Below the pieces are notes generated by a model, which was not told the DNA's origin, searched no databases, and worked only from the letters and a program-made list of their open reading frames with translations. DNA of 64,000 nucleotides, taken from NCBI GenBank assembly GCA_963737655.1, contig CAVTTN010000002.1, positions 2,176,001 to 2,240,000 on the forward strand, read 5' to 3'. Both the position numbers and the translations under genes were made by a program. Each line of letters opens with the position of its first letter. Position 1 is the stretch's first letter. This document shows, piece after piece, positions 40,912 to 52,300 of this stretch. This DNA comes from an uncultured Planctomycetota bacterium (GTDB taxonomy: Bacteria; Planctomycetota; Planctomycetia; Isosphaerales; Isosphaeraceae).

Positions 40912-42215
40912 AGGTCCAGGAGGCGTCGAGGACGTGGAAGGGTGCGAACGCCCGGCGATGGGCGCTGGCGGGGCTGGCGGTCGTGGCCGTGAGCGTCGGG
41001 ATCGGCGTCGTGGTGACGGCGAGGATGAAGACCAGTGCCCTTCGAAACGAGGCGCTCGGGGCGATCGCGGCGAGGAAGTGGGATGCCGCCGCCGGGGCCG
41101 TCGATCGCTGGGTCGCCCGCGAGCCGAGGTCGGGCGAGGCGCAATACGCCCTGGCGAGGGTCCGCCTGGCTCAGCAGCGGCCTCAGGAGGCGATGGACGC
41201 GGTGTCGAAGGCCCTGGACCTGGGCCATGACCCGGCCCCCTTGTTCATTCTCCGGGCCGTGATGCAGGCGCAGGCCGACCAGTTCGACGAGGCCGAGCCG
41301 GTCCTCCGCGGGGCGCTGGCGGAGTCCGACGCGCCCCAGCCCGAAGTCGCCGCCGCGCTGGCTCGGATCTATCTCTCGACGTTCCAGCTCGAAAAGGCCG
41401 CCGGGCCGATCGCTCGATGGATGCGAGATGCCCCCGAAGACCCGCGTCCGTATCTCTGGCGCAACGAGATCGACCGCCGCCGGGACACCGATGCCTCGGT
41501 CCTGATCGGCAACTATCGGGAGGCGCTGGCCCGAGACCCGAACCTCGACGAGGCGAGGCTCGGCCTGGCCGACCGCCTCCGCCAGGCCCACCGCCTGGAC
41601 GAGGCGGCCGACGAGTTCGCCGAATATATCCGGAGGAAGCCCAACGACCCCGACGGGCACCTCGGAGCCGGCCGAACGGACCTGGAGCGCGGCCGGTTCG
41701 ACGACGCCGCGAAGCATTTTGACCGCGCCCTGGAGCTGGACCCTCGCGAGCCCACCGCCTTGAAGGAACGAGGGGCGATCGAATTGAAGCTCGGCCGCTA
41801 TCCCAGGGCCAAGGAGCTGCTCCTCCGCGCGGTCGCGGTCGATCCGTACGATTCGGACACGCATTACAACCTCGCTCGGGCGCTTCAGAGGCTCGGGGAC
41901 ATCCCCGGGCAGGTCGCCGAAGATGCTCGGGCCCGGGCACTCCGGGCCGAGCACAACCAGCTCGCCGAATGGCGGGCCCTCCTGGTCAAGAGGCCGAAGG
42001 ACCCGGAACTCCGGTTGAAGATCGCCGATTGGTTGCTGGAGCACGGCCACGACGACGAGGGCCTCGACTTCACCAAGCTGATCCTCCACGACATCCCCGG
42101 CCATCGCCCGACCCTGGAGCGGCTCATCAAGTACTACGAGGATCGGAACGACCCGGGCCGGGCGAATTACTATCAGGTTCTGCTGAATCAGGCCCGAGCC
42201 GGTTCGTCTCCCTGA
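40908..42215 (+). CDS. Membrane-anchored TPR protein
   Basis: TM helix; many TPR repeats (ALELDP, HYNLARAL). Confidence 0.85.
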   Translation: MKVQEASRTWKGANARRWALAGLAVVAVSVGIGVVVTARMKTSALRNEALGAIAARKWDAAAGAVDRWVAREPRSGEAQYALARVRLAQQRPQEAMDAVSKALDLGHDPAPLFILRAVMQAQADQFDEAEPVLRGALAESDAPQPEVAAALARIYLSTFQLEKAAGPIARWMRDAPEDPRPYLWRNEIDRRRDTDASVLIGNYREALARDPNLDEARLGLADRLRQAHRLDEAADEFAEYIRRKPNDPDGHLGAGRTDLERGRFDDAAKHFDRALELDPREPTALKERGAIELKLGRYPRAKELLLRAVAVDPYDSDTHYNLARALQRLGDIPGQVAEDARARALRAEHNQLAEWRALLVKRPKDPELRLKIADWLLEHGHDDEGLDFTKLILHDIPGHRPTLERLIKYYEDRNDPGRANYYQVLLNQARAGSSP

Positions 42216-42319
42216 CGCCACGTCAGGCGATCTCCGACGAAAATCCGGACGGGTGGCCGTCCCATCCCGCCGGACGCGGCCTATATCCCCGATGGGGGAA
42301 TCAGCTCGGCGGACGAAAT

Positions 42320-42336
42320 CCGGCACGCCTCTTGCA
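42320..42336 (+). promoter_or_regulatory. Sigma-54 (-24/-12) promoter
   Basis: cGGCACGcctcTTGCA matches TGGCACG-N4-TTGCW with exact GG-N10-GC spacing. Confidence 0.7.
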
Positions 42337-42440
42337 CTATTCCTTCTCCGCTCTCGGAAGTCGCATCGCGGCTTCGGCGAGGGGGTCCGTATCGACTTTG
42401 ACGACCGGACGTTGCGGGCAGGGAACCTCGAGGCTTCGCC

Positions 42441-43007
42441 ATGAGGATGTCACGAAACGCGACCGAGGCGAGACGGCTCGACCCGGAGCGTCTCTGGCCA
42501 TTTCATGCCACCGTTTCCCGGCTTGCCCGTCGCTCCAGGACCGAGGCGGAGGTCCAGGGCCAGCGATTCCGCACCGGCTGGGTGATCGTCAGCGCCCGGG
42601 CGCGAGCGGCCCTGGCGAGCGAGGGGTTCCTGGACGTTCGCGACTTCCTCGAACGGCACGCCAACGGCGACTCGGGCTCGGTCGGCGCGTGGAACCCGAT
42701 GGCCCTTCAGCCCGGGGGGTGGGCCGAAGGGCCGATGGCCAATCGCGCCGCCCGGAACGCCGTGGCGATCGCCGACGGCTTGGGGGACGTGGTCTCGGCC
42801 TATCCCCTGGACGACTCGGGGCCGCCGATGGTGATCTGGACGGCGCTCGGGGCGGAACCGGCGACGCTCGTCCTGATGGCCGGCGAGGCCCCGGCCGGCC
42901 CCGTGTGGGTCAACCCGTCCGGGCGGCCGTCGCGGACGGCTCGGGCCGCCCTGGAGGGATCGGGGGCCGTCAGATCGGTCCCCCCTTCGTCTTCAAGGTC
43001 AGCGTGA
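42441..43007 (+). CDS. Hypothetical protein resembling a small plasmid/ICE-associated family
   Basis: F..G.V......AL...FLERH..GD.G...N..A....V.SAY....IW......T.VL pattern, recognised from memory. Confidence 0.55.
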   Translation: MRMSRNATEARRLDPERLWPFHATVSRLARRSRTEAEVQGQRFRTGWVIVSARARAALASEGFLDVRDFLERHANGDSGSVGAWNPMALQPGGWAEGPMANRAARNAVAIADGLGDVVSAYPLDDSGPPMVIWTALGAEPATLVLMAGEAPAGPVWVNPSGRPSRTARAALEGSGAVRSVPPSSSRSA

Positions 43008-43491
43008 ACGCGCCGGAGAGCCCGCCCGAGGCCATCTTGCCGACGGTGATCGTGGCCAGGCCGGAACCCGTGGCGCTGGCATAAGCGCCGGTCCCGCCCT
43101 CCAGCATCGCCGTCGCCTTGATCTTCTTGACCGGACCGCCCGGGACGGGGGCCGACAGCCCGACGTTCACCGTCCCCTTCGCATTGGTCAGCACCAGCTC
43201 GATCTGAGCCTCGCCGTTATTCACCCCCAGGGGCGTGCCGGTCGCATGGACGTGGCCCAGAGGCTTGACCGTCCCGGCCCCCGAGAGCTGGGCCGACCCG
43301 ATCCCGGCCGCGCTCAGCGACGAGATCGTGTACTGTCCCTTGATCGTCCCGGAGAGGCCCTGAGCGGCCTTCGCGCTGGCCCGGATCTTCTCGACGTGGA
43401 CGGCCGCGGGCCCGGCCAGCCCGGCCGAGAGCAGGGACCGCGATTCCATCGCCTCGAAGCCGATCGCGCGTCGTTTGGTCCTGGCGTTCAT
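42970..43491 (-). CDS. Secreted beta-rich protein with planctomycete extracellular signal
   Basis: RR..GFEAMESRSLLS leader; Gly/Thr-rich strands; GGTGAYASATGSG. Confidence 0.75.
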   Translation of the reverse strand: MNARTKRRAIGFEAMESRSLLSAGLAGPAAVHVEKIRASAKAAQGLSGTIKGQYTISSLSAAGIGSAQLSGAGTVKPLGHVHATGTPLGVNNGEAQIELVLTNAKGTVNVGLSAPVPGGPVKKIKATAMLEGGTGAYASATGSGLATITVGKMASGGLSGAFTLTLKTKGGPI

Positions 43492-43594
43492 CTCTGTCTC
43501 CGTTTCGGAAGAAGATAGCGAGACTTTAACAAGGATAGAAAGTAGGATGGTGTCGGAGCAACGGCCCACTCCCCCCATCTTCTAGGGACCGTCC

Positions 43595-44281
43595 ATGGCC
43601 CCGGACGAAGTCCACGTCTGGCGAATCCCTCTTCGCCGCGATCCCGAGGCCCACGACGGGCTCCGCGCCCTGCTCGACCCGGACGAACTCAGGCGGGCCG
43701 ACCGCTTCGTGGTGCCCGACGACCGGCACCGATTCGCCGTCGGCCGCGGGATGCTGCGGACCGTTCTCGGACGATACGAGGGGATTGAGCCCGACCGCGT
43801 CGAGTTCCGATACGGGACGTGGGGCAAGCCGTCCCTGGCGTCGGGTTCGCCGTTGCGGTTCAATCTCGCGCATTCGGGAGACCTCGCCGTCCTGGCGGTC
43901 GCCTGGGGTCGGGAACTCGGGGTGGATCTGGAGAAGTTCCGCCCGATGCGAGACGCCTCGGCGATCGCGGCGAGGTTCTTCACCGAGGCCGAGGCCGCCC
44001 AGCTCGCCGAGGTGCCCGAAGACCGGAAGCTCGACGCCTTCTTCGCCGGCTGGACCCGCAAGGAAGCGTATTTGAAGGCCATCGGCGACGGCCTGGCCAT
44101 GCCTTTAGACCGCTTCGAGGTCACCCTCAAGCCGGGCGAGCCGGCGAGGCTGGTCAAGGTGGACGGCCGGCCCGGAGAGGTCGATCGCTGGGTCATGCGC
44201 GAATTCCTGCCTGCGCCGGGATATGTCGGCGCCATCGCGGTGGAAGGCTCGGGCTGGCGGCTCGAGGATCGGGAGATCTGA
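43595..44281 (+). CDS. sfp: Sfp-type 4'-phosphopantetheinyl transferase
   Basis: GKP, FNLAHSG, GVDLE, WTRKEAYLKAIGDGL. Confidence 0.95.
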   Translation: MAPDEVHVWRIPLRRDPEAHDGLRALLDPDELRRADRFVVPDDRHRFAVGRGMLRTVLGRYEGIEPDRVEFRYGTWGKPSLASGSPLRFNLAHSGDLAVLAVAWGRELGVDLEKFRPMRDASAIAARFFTEAEAAQLAEVPEDRKLDAFFAGWTRKEAYLKAIGDGLAMPLDRFEVTLKPGEPARLVKVDGRPGEVDRWVMREFLPAPGYVGAIAVEGSGWRLEDREI

Positions 44282-44347
44282 TCGGTTTCCGAGCGATCGG
44301 TGGGGTCATCGCGGACCCTGCCGAAGCCCTCGCCGTCGTTCGTAACC

Positions 44348-46469
44348 TCATTCGAACCGAAGGGCCTCGATCGGGTTCAATCGAGACGCTTTCCACGCCG
44401 GGTAATAGCCAAAAATCACCCCGATGGTGAGCGAGACCGAGACCGCGCCGGCGATCGCCAGGGGGGAGGGGGCCGTCGGCCATCCGGCCAGGAGCCGGAC
44501 GAGCATCGATGCGGCCCTGCCGACGACGATGCCGACCGCCCCGCCCATCAGGCAGAGCACGACGGCCTCGACGAGGAACTGGCGGAGGATGTCGCGAGGC
44601 CTCGCGCCGACGGCCATCCTCAAACCGATCTCGCGATATCGTTCCGTGACGCTCACCAGCATGATGTTCATGATCCCCACGCCGCCGACGACCAGGGAGA
44701 TCAGCGCCACGACCATCAGCAGCCCGGCGACGAGGCCGACCGTCCCCTTGACGGCCTCGACGACCTCGGTGAAGTCCCTGACCGAGAAATCCTGAGGGCG
44801 ATCGGGGCCGATCCGGTGCCTCTGCCGGAGCAATCCATTGATCTCCCCCATCGCCTCGGGGATTTCCTCGGCCGAGGAGGCGCGGACGAGGATCGCGTCG
44901 ACGTTCGAGAACCGTTCGAGCCTCGGCGAGTCCAGCGCCTGGGTTGCCGACGCCGACGGATAGAGGCCGGTCCGCGATCGGGGATAGCGCCGGGAGAGGA
45001 AATTCCCGGGCCCTTCGGATTCGGGCGGCGCCTCGGATTTCGCCCCTCCCGGCCCGGAGCTGATCCGGAACCGGACGGTCGTCCAGGGGGCGAGCAGGAT
45101 ATCGTCCTGGTCCTCGCCGACGATGTCCGCGCCCTTCGGGCTCGAAGACGCCCTGGACCCGCAACGGGACGTCGTTGACCACGACCTCCTGGCCGATCGG
45201 CGATTCGTCGCCGAACAGGGAATCGGCCAACGTGCGACCGAGGAGGCAGACCATCGCGGCCTCGCGGACGTCCTCCTCGGAGAACGCATCGCCTTCGGCC
45301 AGGGTCTCCCACTGGCGGACTCGGAGGAAGCTCGCGGTGGTGCCGAGGAAGCTCGCGGGCACCCAGTTCTTGTTGCCCCGGACGACCTGGGCCCGCGCAT
45401 AGACGATCGGCGCGAACGTCTCGACCGAGGGGCACTCGCGGCCGATCGCCTCGGCGTCGTCGGGGGTCAAGGTCTTGATGCTCCCGCTGCCCAGGCTCAC
45501 GCCATTGGCGCTGGCGGCGCCGGCCTGGACCAGGATGTTCTCCACGCCGGTCTTGGTGAGGAGTTCCCGGATGGCCGCCCACGCCCCCTGGCCGATCTCG
45601 GCGATGGCGATCAGCGAGGCCACGCCGATGATGATCCCGAGAGTCGTCAGCGCCGATCGCAGGGCATTGCGGCGGAGCGAACGCGTCGCGAGGGCCGCCG
45701 TTCCGAGGAGATAGCCCGAGCGGTCCGGGCGGTTCGGGCTCTCCGGTCGGGGCGGGTGGTCCGAAGACGATCGGGCCACGCCCGTGGCACCGGGGTCGTC
45801 GGAGACGAGGCCGTCCTTGATGCGGATCGTCCGGTTCGCGTGGGCGGCCACCCCGGGATCGTGGGTCACGAGGAGGATCGTCAGGCCATCCTCGACGTTC
45901 AACTGGCGGAAGAGGGCGAGGATCTCCTCGCCGGTCTTCGAATCGAGGTTGCCCGTCGGCTCGTCGGCGATCAGGACCACCGGACGATTGATCAGCGATC
46001 GCGCGATCGCCACCCTCTGCTGTTCGCCGCCGGAGAGCCGCGACGGCTCATGGTCGAGCCGATCGGCCAGCCCCACTCGGGCGAGGAGCGAGACGGCGCG
46101 GGCGCGGCCTTCCTTGCGGGCCTCGCGGTCGGCATAGGCCAGCGGCATCATCACGTTTTCGAGGGCCGACAGCCGAGGCAACAGGTTGAAGTTCTGGAAC
46201 ACGAAGCCCACCGACCGGCTCCGCAAGGCGGCGCGATCTTCTTCGGAGAACCGCGAGACGTCGTCGCGATCGAAGAGATAATGCCCCGAGGTCGGCCGGT
46301 CGAGCGCGCCGAGGATGTTGATCAGCGTCGTCTTGCCCGACCCCGACGCCCCCATCAGCGCGACCATCTCGCCCGGCTCGATCGCGATCGTGACGCCCTT
46401 GAGGACGGGGACCGTGAGCTTGCCTCGCGGATAATCTTTGTAGATGTCTTCCAGGTGAAGCGAGGGCAC
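44348..46469 (-). CDS. macB: MacB-type fused ABC ATPase/permease, frameshift near 45143
   Basis: GASGSGKT, LSGGEQQRVAIAR, DEPTGNLD, LTTLGIIIGV, GIMNIMLVSVTER, LNPIEALRFE. Confidence 0.92.
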
Positions 46470-46517
46470 GGGGGTGGTCCTGATCGAGAAGGCAAATCCT
46501 GGTGCATTTCATGCACC

Positions 46518-47738
46518 CTACTTCTTGTTGGCATGAGGCAGGATGGACATGGCTTCATCCACCTCGTCGCGACGGGTCACGCCGACGACGACCTCCAGGC
46601 CATCCTTCAGGCCGTCGCCGGAGATCTCCGTCTCTCGGCCGTCGCTCAGGCCGACGGTCACCGCGATCGGCCGGACGAATTCTCCCCGACGGACCCAGAC
46701 GGCCGCGAGCGTCTCGCGGGTCGAGCCGGTCCGGGCGTCGGGGGCGATCAGCGAGGGCCGGGGCTTCCACCGCAAGGCGGCGTTGGGGACGTGCAGGACG
46801 CCCTTCGCCTCCGCCACCTCGAACTGCAACCTCGCCGTGAGATACGGCAGGAGCTTGCCCCCGGGATTGTCGATCTCGACGACCACCGTATACGTCACGA
46901 CGCTCTGCACCATGCTCGCGTTCAGGCGGATTTGGGCGACCTTGCCGCGGAAAATCTCGTCCGGGAACGCACCGACGGAGAAGCTCACGCCCTGCCCGGC
47001 GTGGATCGAGCCGACGTCCGTCTCGTTGACTGACGCCCAGATCTGCATCCGTGACAGGTCCTTGGCGATCAGGAAGAGGCTCGGCGCGTTCAGGCTCGCG
47101 ACGACGGTCTGGCCGATGTTCACGCGACGATCCAGGATCACGCCCTTGACCGGCGAGCGGATCGTGGTGTAGCGGAGGTTCACGCCCGCTTCCTCCAGGT
47201 TCGCTCGGGCCACGGCCACGGCCCCCTGGGCGACGGTCAGGCTAGCGCGGGCGGTCTCGAAGTCGGACTCGGCCAGGTCGCGCTCTTTTTCGCTGGCGAA
47301 CCCGGCATTCTTCGTCTGGAGGCGCCGGACGCGGTCTCGCTCGCGCTCGGCCTGCTTCAGCTTCGCCTGCGAGAGCTCGACGTCGGCCTCGGCTTTCGCG
47401 AGGCTCGCCCTCGACTGGTCCACCCGGGCCTTCAACACCGCGTCGTCGAGCCGGGCGAGGACCGTGCCTTCCTCGACGGGCGAGCCGTAGCTGATGGGTC
47501 GGGCCGGGTCGCGCGGGTCCTTGCCGAATTCCAGGATCTCTCCGGCGATCTGCGCGCCGACGTCCACGACTTCCTCGGGCTCGATCGTCCCGGTGGCCTG
47601 GATCGTGGATTTGAGGTCACCGCGACGGACCGTCGCCGTGCGGAACGCCACTCGGGAAGACCTCGCGTCGAGCCAGTACCAGATGCCGGCGGCCCCGCCG
47701 ACCCAGAGGACGGCGATCAAGAATAAGAGCTTTTTCAT
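46518..47738 (-). CDS. macA: MacA-type periplasmic adaptor
   Basis: ATGTIEP..VDVGAQIAG, IRSPVKG, GQTVVASLNAPSLF, VTYTV. Confidence 0.88.
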   Translation of the reverse strand: MKKLLFLIAVLWVGGAAGIWYWLDARSSRVAFRTATVRRGDLKSTIQATGTIEPEEVVDVGAQIAGEILEFGKDPRDPARPISYGSPVEEGTVLARLDDAVLKARVDQSRASLAKAEADVELSQAKLKQAERERDRVRRLQTKNAGFASEKERDLAESDFETARASLTVAQGAVAVARANLEEAGVNLRYTTIRSPVKGVILDRRVNIGQTVVASLNAPSLFLIAKDLSRMQIWASVNETDVGSIHAGQGVSFSVGAFPDEIFRGKVAQIRLNASMVQSVVTYTVVVEIDNPGGKLLPYLTARLQFEVAEAKGVLHVPNAALRWKPRPSLIAPDARTGSTRETLAAVWVRRGEFVRPIAVTVGLSDGRETEISGDGLKDGLEVVVGVTRRDEVDEAMSILPHANKK

Positions 47739-49387
47739 AGCGGCGCGGGCTCCCGGGCGATGTCGGCGGCATTTTCCTCGACGAGACGGCCGTCCCGCAG
47801 GGTCAGCACGCGGTCGGCGGCGTCGAACGCATCCTCGTCGTGGCTGACGACCAGGACCGCCTTGCCCGAAGCTCGGAGCTCGGGCAGGATCTGATCGTAA
47901 TATTCCGCCTTGAACCGACGATCCTGATTGGCGGCCCATTCGTCGAGGATGATGACCTCGCGATCTTCGAGGAGGGCGGTCAGCAGGGCGAGCCGTCGCC
48001 TCTGCCCCTGCGAGAGCTCGACCGTCGAGAACGCCCCGCCGTTCACCCGGGTCTTGCGGCCCAGGCCGAGTCGGTCGAGGAGGGCGGAAGCCTCGGCGTC
48101 GAGCCCGGGGCGGTCGAGGCCGTGGAGCCGGGGGAAGAGGTGGCCGTCGGCGAAGACGGTGGAGACCCTCTGGCGGTACGACTCGCGGTCCGCCTCGGAG
48201 ACCTCCCGGCCATCGACCGAGATCGAGCCCGTCCTCGGCGAGTACAGGCCGGCGACGAGCTTCACCAGCGTCGTCTTGCCGCTGCCATTGCCCCCGGCCA
48301 GGATCACGATCTCGCCGGGTCGGAGGGCCAGGTCGATCGGCCCGAGGCGGAAGCCGGCGCCGTCGGCGTCACGATATTCGTAGGTCACGCCGTCGAGTCG
48401 GATCGCGTCACGAAGGGGTGCCAGGCGAGGCGGACGAGGCTCGGCGGAGCCGTCCCGTCCGGTCGCTTCGAGGAGGCCGACGACCGCCTCGATCTTCAGG
48501 AGCGAGGCCCGGGCACGCCCCAGGGCCGGCACCCACGTCAGGATCACGTCGAGAGGGGTCATCACATAAAGAATCACCAGGACGCACCCGACGAGGGTGG
48601 CGCGGTCGAGCGAGGCCCACCCGGGTCCGACGAAGAGGAGGGTTCCCAGGAGGCCGAAGAACGCGGCCTGGCTCCACGACTCGGCGGCGGCGAAGATCGT
48701 GAGCCCGGTCGTCGCCCGGTCGCGGACGGCCTCGGCCGCCGGTTCCAATCCGTCGGTGAGGAACGCCTCGCGACGGCCGCGATGCCCCTTCAACTCGCGG
48801 AAGCCGTCGAGCAGGCCCCGAACGTGCCCGACCAGCACCTCCTGGCCGGCTCTCGCCGCTCGGAGATGCCCCATCCCTCGAAACATCAGGGCCCTGTCGA
48901 TCACCACCGCTCCGGCTGCGAAGATCAGGCCGAGCACGAGCACGGCCGGCGACATCCAGCCGATATACGCCAGGCCCGCCAGGACGATCGGCCCGTTGAT
49001 CGCGAGCATCGGCAGGCCCACGAGCGCGGCGGCGAGCGTGCCCGTGTCCTCCGTGAGGACGGTCAGCAGGGCGGAAGCGTCGGTCGCCTCGAACGCTTCC
49101 AGGGGCAGGGCCAAGATCGTCCGGGCGATCCTCGCGGTGAGCCGGGCGATGGTCCCCTGACCGAGGCGGACCGTCGCCGATCTCGCCGCGAATCGCGAGA
49201 GCGACGCGACGACGACGAGCCCGGCGAACAGGCCGGCCATCGCCGGGCCCGAGGGCCGATCGCGGGCGAGCTCGAGATGGATCATCGCGATCAGGGCCAC
49301 GCCCGCCAGCCCGCCGCCGGCGCCCGCCAGGAGCGCCATCGTCAGCACCGGCCGAGACTCGCGAAGGAGGCCGCTCAGCGGGTTCAT
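47735..49387 (-). CDS. Cyclic peptide export ABC transporter (PvdE/SyrD/YojI family)
   Basis: GFRELK, FRLGPIDL, GGNGSGKTT, LSQGQRRRLAL, DEWAANQD. Confidence 0.93.
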   Translation of the reverse strand: MNPLSGLLRESRPVLTMALLAGAGGGLAGVALIAMIHLELARDRPSGPAMAGLFAGLVVVASLSRFAARSATVRLGQGTIARLTARIARTILALPLEAFEATDASALLTVLTEDTGTLAAALVGLPMLAINGPIVLAGLAYIGWMSPAVLVLGLIFAAGAVVIDRALMFRGMGHLRAARAGQEVLVGHVRGLLDGFRELKGHRGRREAFLTDGLEPAAEAVRDRATTGLTIFAAAESWSQAAFFGLLGTLLFVGPGWASLDRATLVGCVLVILYVMTPLDVILTWVPALGRARASLLKIEAVVGLLEATGRDGSAEPRPPRLAPLRDAIRLDGVTYEYRDADGAGFRLGPIDLALRPGEIVILAGGNGSGKTTLVKLVAGLYSPRTGSISVDGREVSEADRESYRQRVSTVFADGHLFPRLHGLDRPGLDAEASALLDRLGLGRKTRVNGGAFSTVELSQGQRRRLALLTALLEDREVIILDEWAANQDRRFKAEYYDQILPELRASGKAVLVVSHDEDAFDAADRVLTLRDGRLVEENAADIAREPAPL

Positions 49388-52300
49388 GAGGCCCCTCCGA
49401 GCATCATCCGAAGCGACTCGGCCAGGCGTTCCACGCCGGGAGATCGGAGGATGGACGCATGGTCCCCCGGCACGGTCACGACGTTCACGCCACCCTCAAC
49501 GAGAGACGACCAGCCGAGCGTTGGATCGACCAGGGCGCCCGGCCTCTTCGAGGCGCGGAAGACCGTCGCGCGACCCGCATAGAGGCCCGGTGAGTACCGC
49601 TTGCCGGCCAGGTAGTTGGCGCGGAGGACATCCCAGAGCCGACCGGCCCGCTCGGGTCCGGCGTCGAGTTGGTAGACCTGATCGAGCCCGAAGAGGCTCA
49701 ACACGCGTCCCCGGCGGCTGTCGGCATCCATCGCCTTGAGTTTCGCGACGAGCCTTCGCGCCTCCCGGGCCGAGCCGACGCCGAGGTCGGCGAGGAACTC
49801 GGCGAGGAGGCCAGGGTCGATCGCGTCGCCCGAGCCGAACAGGCCGAGCGAGGCGAAGTCCGCGTCCATCCCGGTGAGGCCTCGGGCGGAGGCGTCGCGG
49901 CCGTCGCCCACGGTCGGCGCCTGGATGTCGATCAGCGCGAGCGAAGCGACCGTCTCGCCGGCCGAGGCCAGTTGCCGGGCCATCTCGAACGCCACGAGCC
50001 CTCCGAGCGACCAGCCGCCGAGATGGTACGGGCCTTCGGGTCGATGGCGACGGATCGCCTCGACGTAGCTCGCCGCCATGTCTTCGAGGCGGTTCAACGG
50101 CGGCGACGTACCGTCCAGCCCGGCGGCCTGGAGGCCGAAGAACGGGCGGTCCGGGGCGAGCCGCATCGCCAGCTCTCGGAAGCAGTAGACGATCCCGCCC
50201 GCCGGATGGACGCAGAAGAACGGCGGCTCCTGGCCCTCGGGCTGGATCGGCACCAGGGGAGACCACGGCTCATCCCCGGTCGGGACCTCGCGGAGCCGGG
50301 CGGCCTGGTCGGCGATCGTGGCGCCGAGGAACAGCGAGGCCAAAGGCAGCTCACGCCCGAACGCCTCGGCGATCCGGGCCGTCAGGCGGACCGCCGCGAG
50401 CGAGTGGCCTCCGAGGTCAAAAAAGCTCTCGGTCACGCCGACCGAGGCGACATCCAGCACCTCACCCCAGATCGCCGCGAGCCGCCGTTCGACCTCATCC
50501 CGAGGGGCGACCGAATCGCCCGACGAGCCGGCCTGTTCCTGGGGAGGCGGCAACGCCCGGCGGTCGATCTTGCCGGTGAGCGTCATCGGCAAGGCTTCGA
50601 GCGGGGTGATCGTCGAGGGGATCAGGTGTCTCGGCAGCTTCTTCCCGAGGAACGCGCGGAGCTCGGCGGCCGAAGCCTCGTTTCGAGCCACGAAGTAAGC
50701 ATCGAGCCGGTTCTCCCCGAGGTCGTCCTTCCTCGCGACGACGATGGCCGCGGAGATTTCGGGATGGCTCATCAGGGCGGTCTCGACGTCTCCCGGCTCG
50801 ACGCGGAATCCGCGAACCTTCACCTGGCGATCGACCCGTCCGAGGAACTCAATCTGCCCGTCCCGCCGGACGCGAACGCGGTCGCCGGTGCGGAACATGC
50901 GGGCCCCGGGGCGTGGCGAGGACGGATCGGGCAAGAACCGTTCGGCGGTCATCGCGCGACGGCCGACATAACCCCCGCCGACGCACTCGCCCGCGAGGAA
51001 CAGCTCACCGGGAAGGCCCTGAGCCACCGGGCGGAGATCCTCGTCGAGGACCATCGCCCGGACGTTCGCGATCGGTCGGCCGATCGGCAGAGCGTCCGGG
51101 GTCTCGGTGTCTCGAGGCTCGAACGCCGTGGCGATGATCGAGGTTTCCGTGGGGCCATACGTGTTGATCCAGCGTACGCGATCGCCGGCCAGCACCTTCC
51201 ACGTGGCATAGGCCGCAGGAAGGGCCGCCTCGCCGCCGACGACCACGAGCCGAAGCGTCTCGGGTAATTCGAGGCCGAGGCGGTCGAGGGCCTCGACCCA
51301 GACGTGCCAGTAGGAAGTCGGCAGGTCGAGGACGGTGATTCGCTCGTCGGCCACCCACCGGAGGAAGCGGACCGGGTCGAGCACGGCGTCATCGGGTCGT
51401 TGCACGACCGTCGCCCCGCAGACCCACGCGGGGAACATCTCCTCCAAGGCGATGTCGAAGCTCACCGAGGCCACCTGGCCCACGCGGTCGCCGGGCGCCA
51501 GGCCGAACAGGTCGATGGCGGCGAGGTTGTGATTGACCAGCCCTCGATGCGAGACGATCGCCCCCTTGGGCGTCCCGGTCGAGCCCGAGGTGTAAAGGAC
51601 ATAGGCCGGATCGTCCAGGGTGGCGATGGGCGAGAGGTCGCCGCCGGGCTGACGCTCGATCGCCTCGGCGTCGGCATCCAGGTGGAGCAGGGCGGTCGCC
51701 GTTTCGAGGAGGTCGCCCCGGGTGATCGCCAGCTTCGCGCGGGCGTCTTCGAGCGTCCTCGCGAGACGCTCGCGAGGGAACCCGGTGTCGAGCGGGACGA
51801 ACGCCCCTCCGGCCTTGAGGACGGCGAGCAGGGCCACGGCCAGCTCGGGGCGGCGCTCCAGGGCCACGCCGACGAACGATCCTCGGACCACGCCCCGGGC
51901 CCGCAGGCGGTTGGCGAGCCGGTTCGCTCGGACGTTCAATTCGGCATAGGAAAGCGTGCCGCCGTCCCAGGCCAAGGCGAGGCCGTCGGGAGTGGCGAGG
52001 GCCTGCTTCTCGAAAAGCTCGTGGACCCCGAGGTCCGCGATCGGCACGACCGGCCCGGCCATCGGCGGCGGGGTCGGCCCGAGCGGGAGCCGTGAGATCC
52101 TCGTCTCGGGCTCGTCGACGGCCGCTTTCAGGAGGCACGCGAGCCGATCGACCATCGCGGAGATGGTCGGCTGGTCGAACAGGTCGGTTCGGTACTCGAA
52201 CGAACCGACGAGCGCGCCGTCGCTCTCTTCCAGGGCGAGCGAGAGGTCGAACTTGGCGGTCCCCGGCCCCTCGTCCACCCGGAGCGAGTCGAGCGACAGT

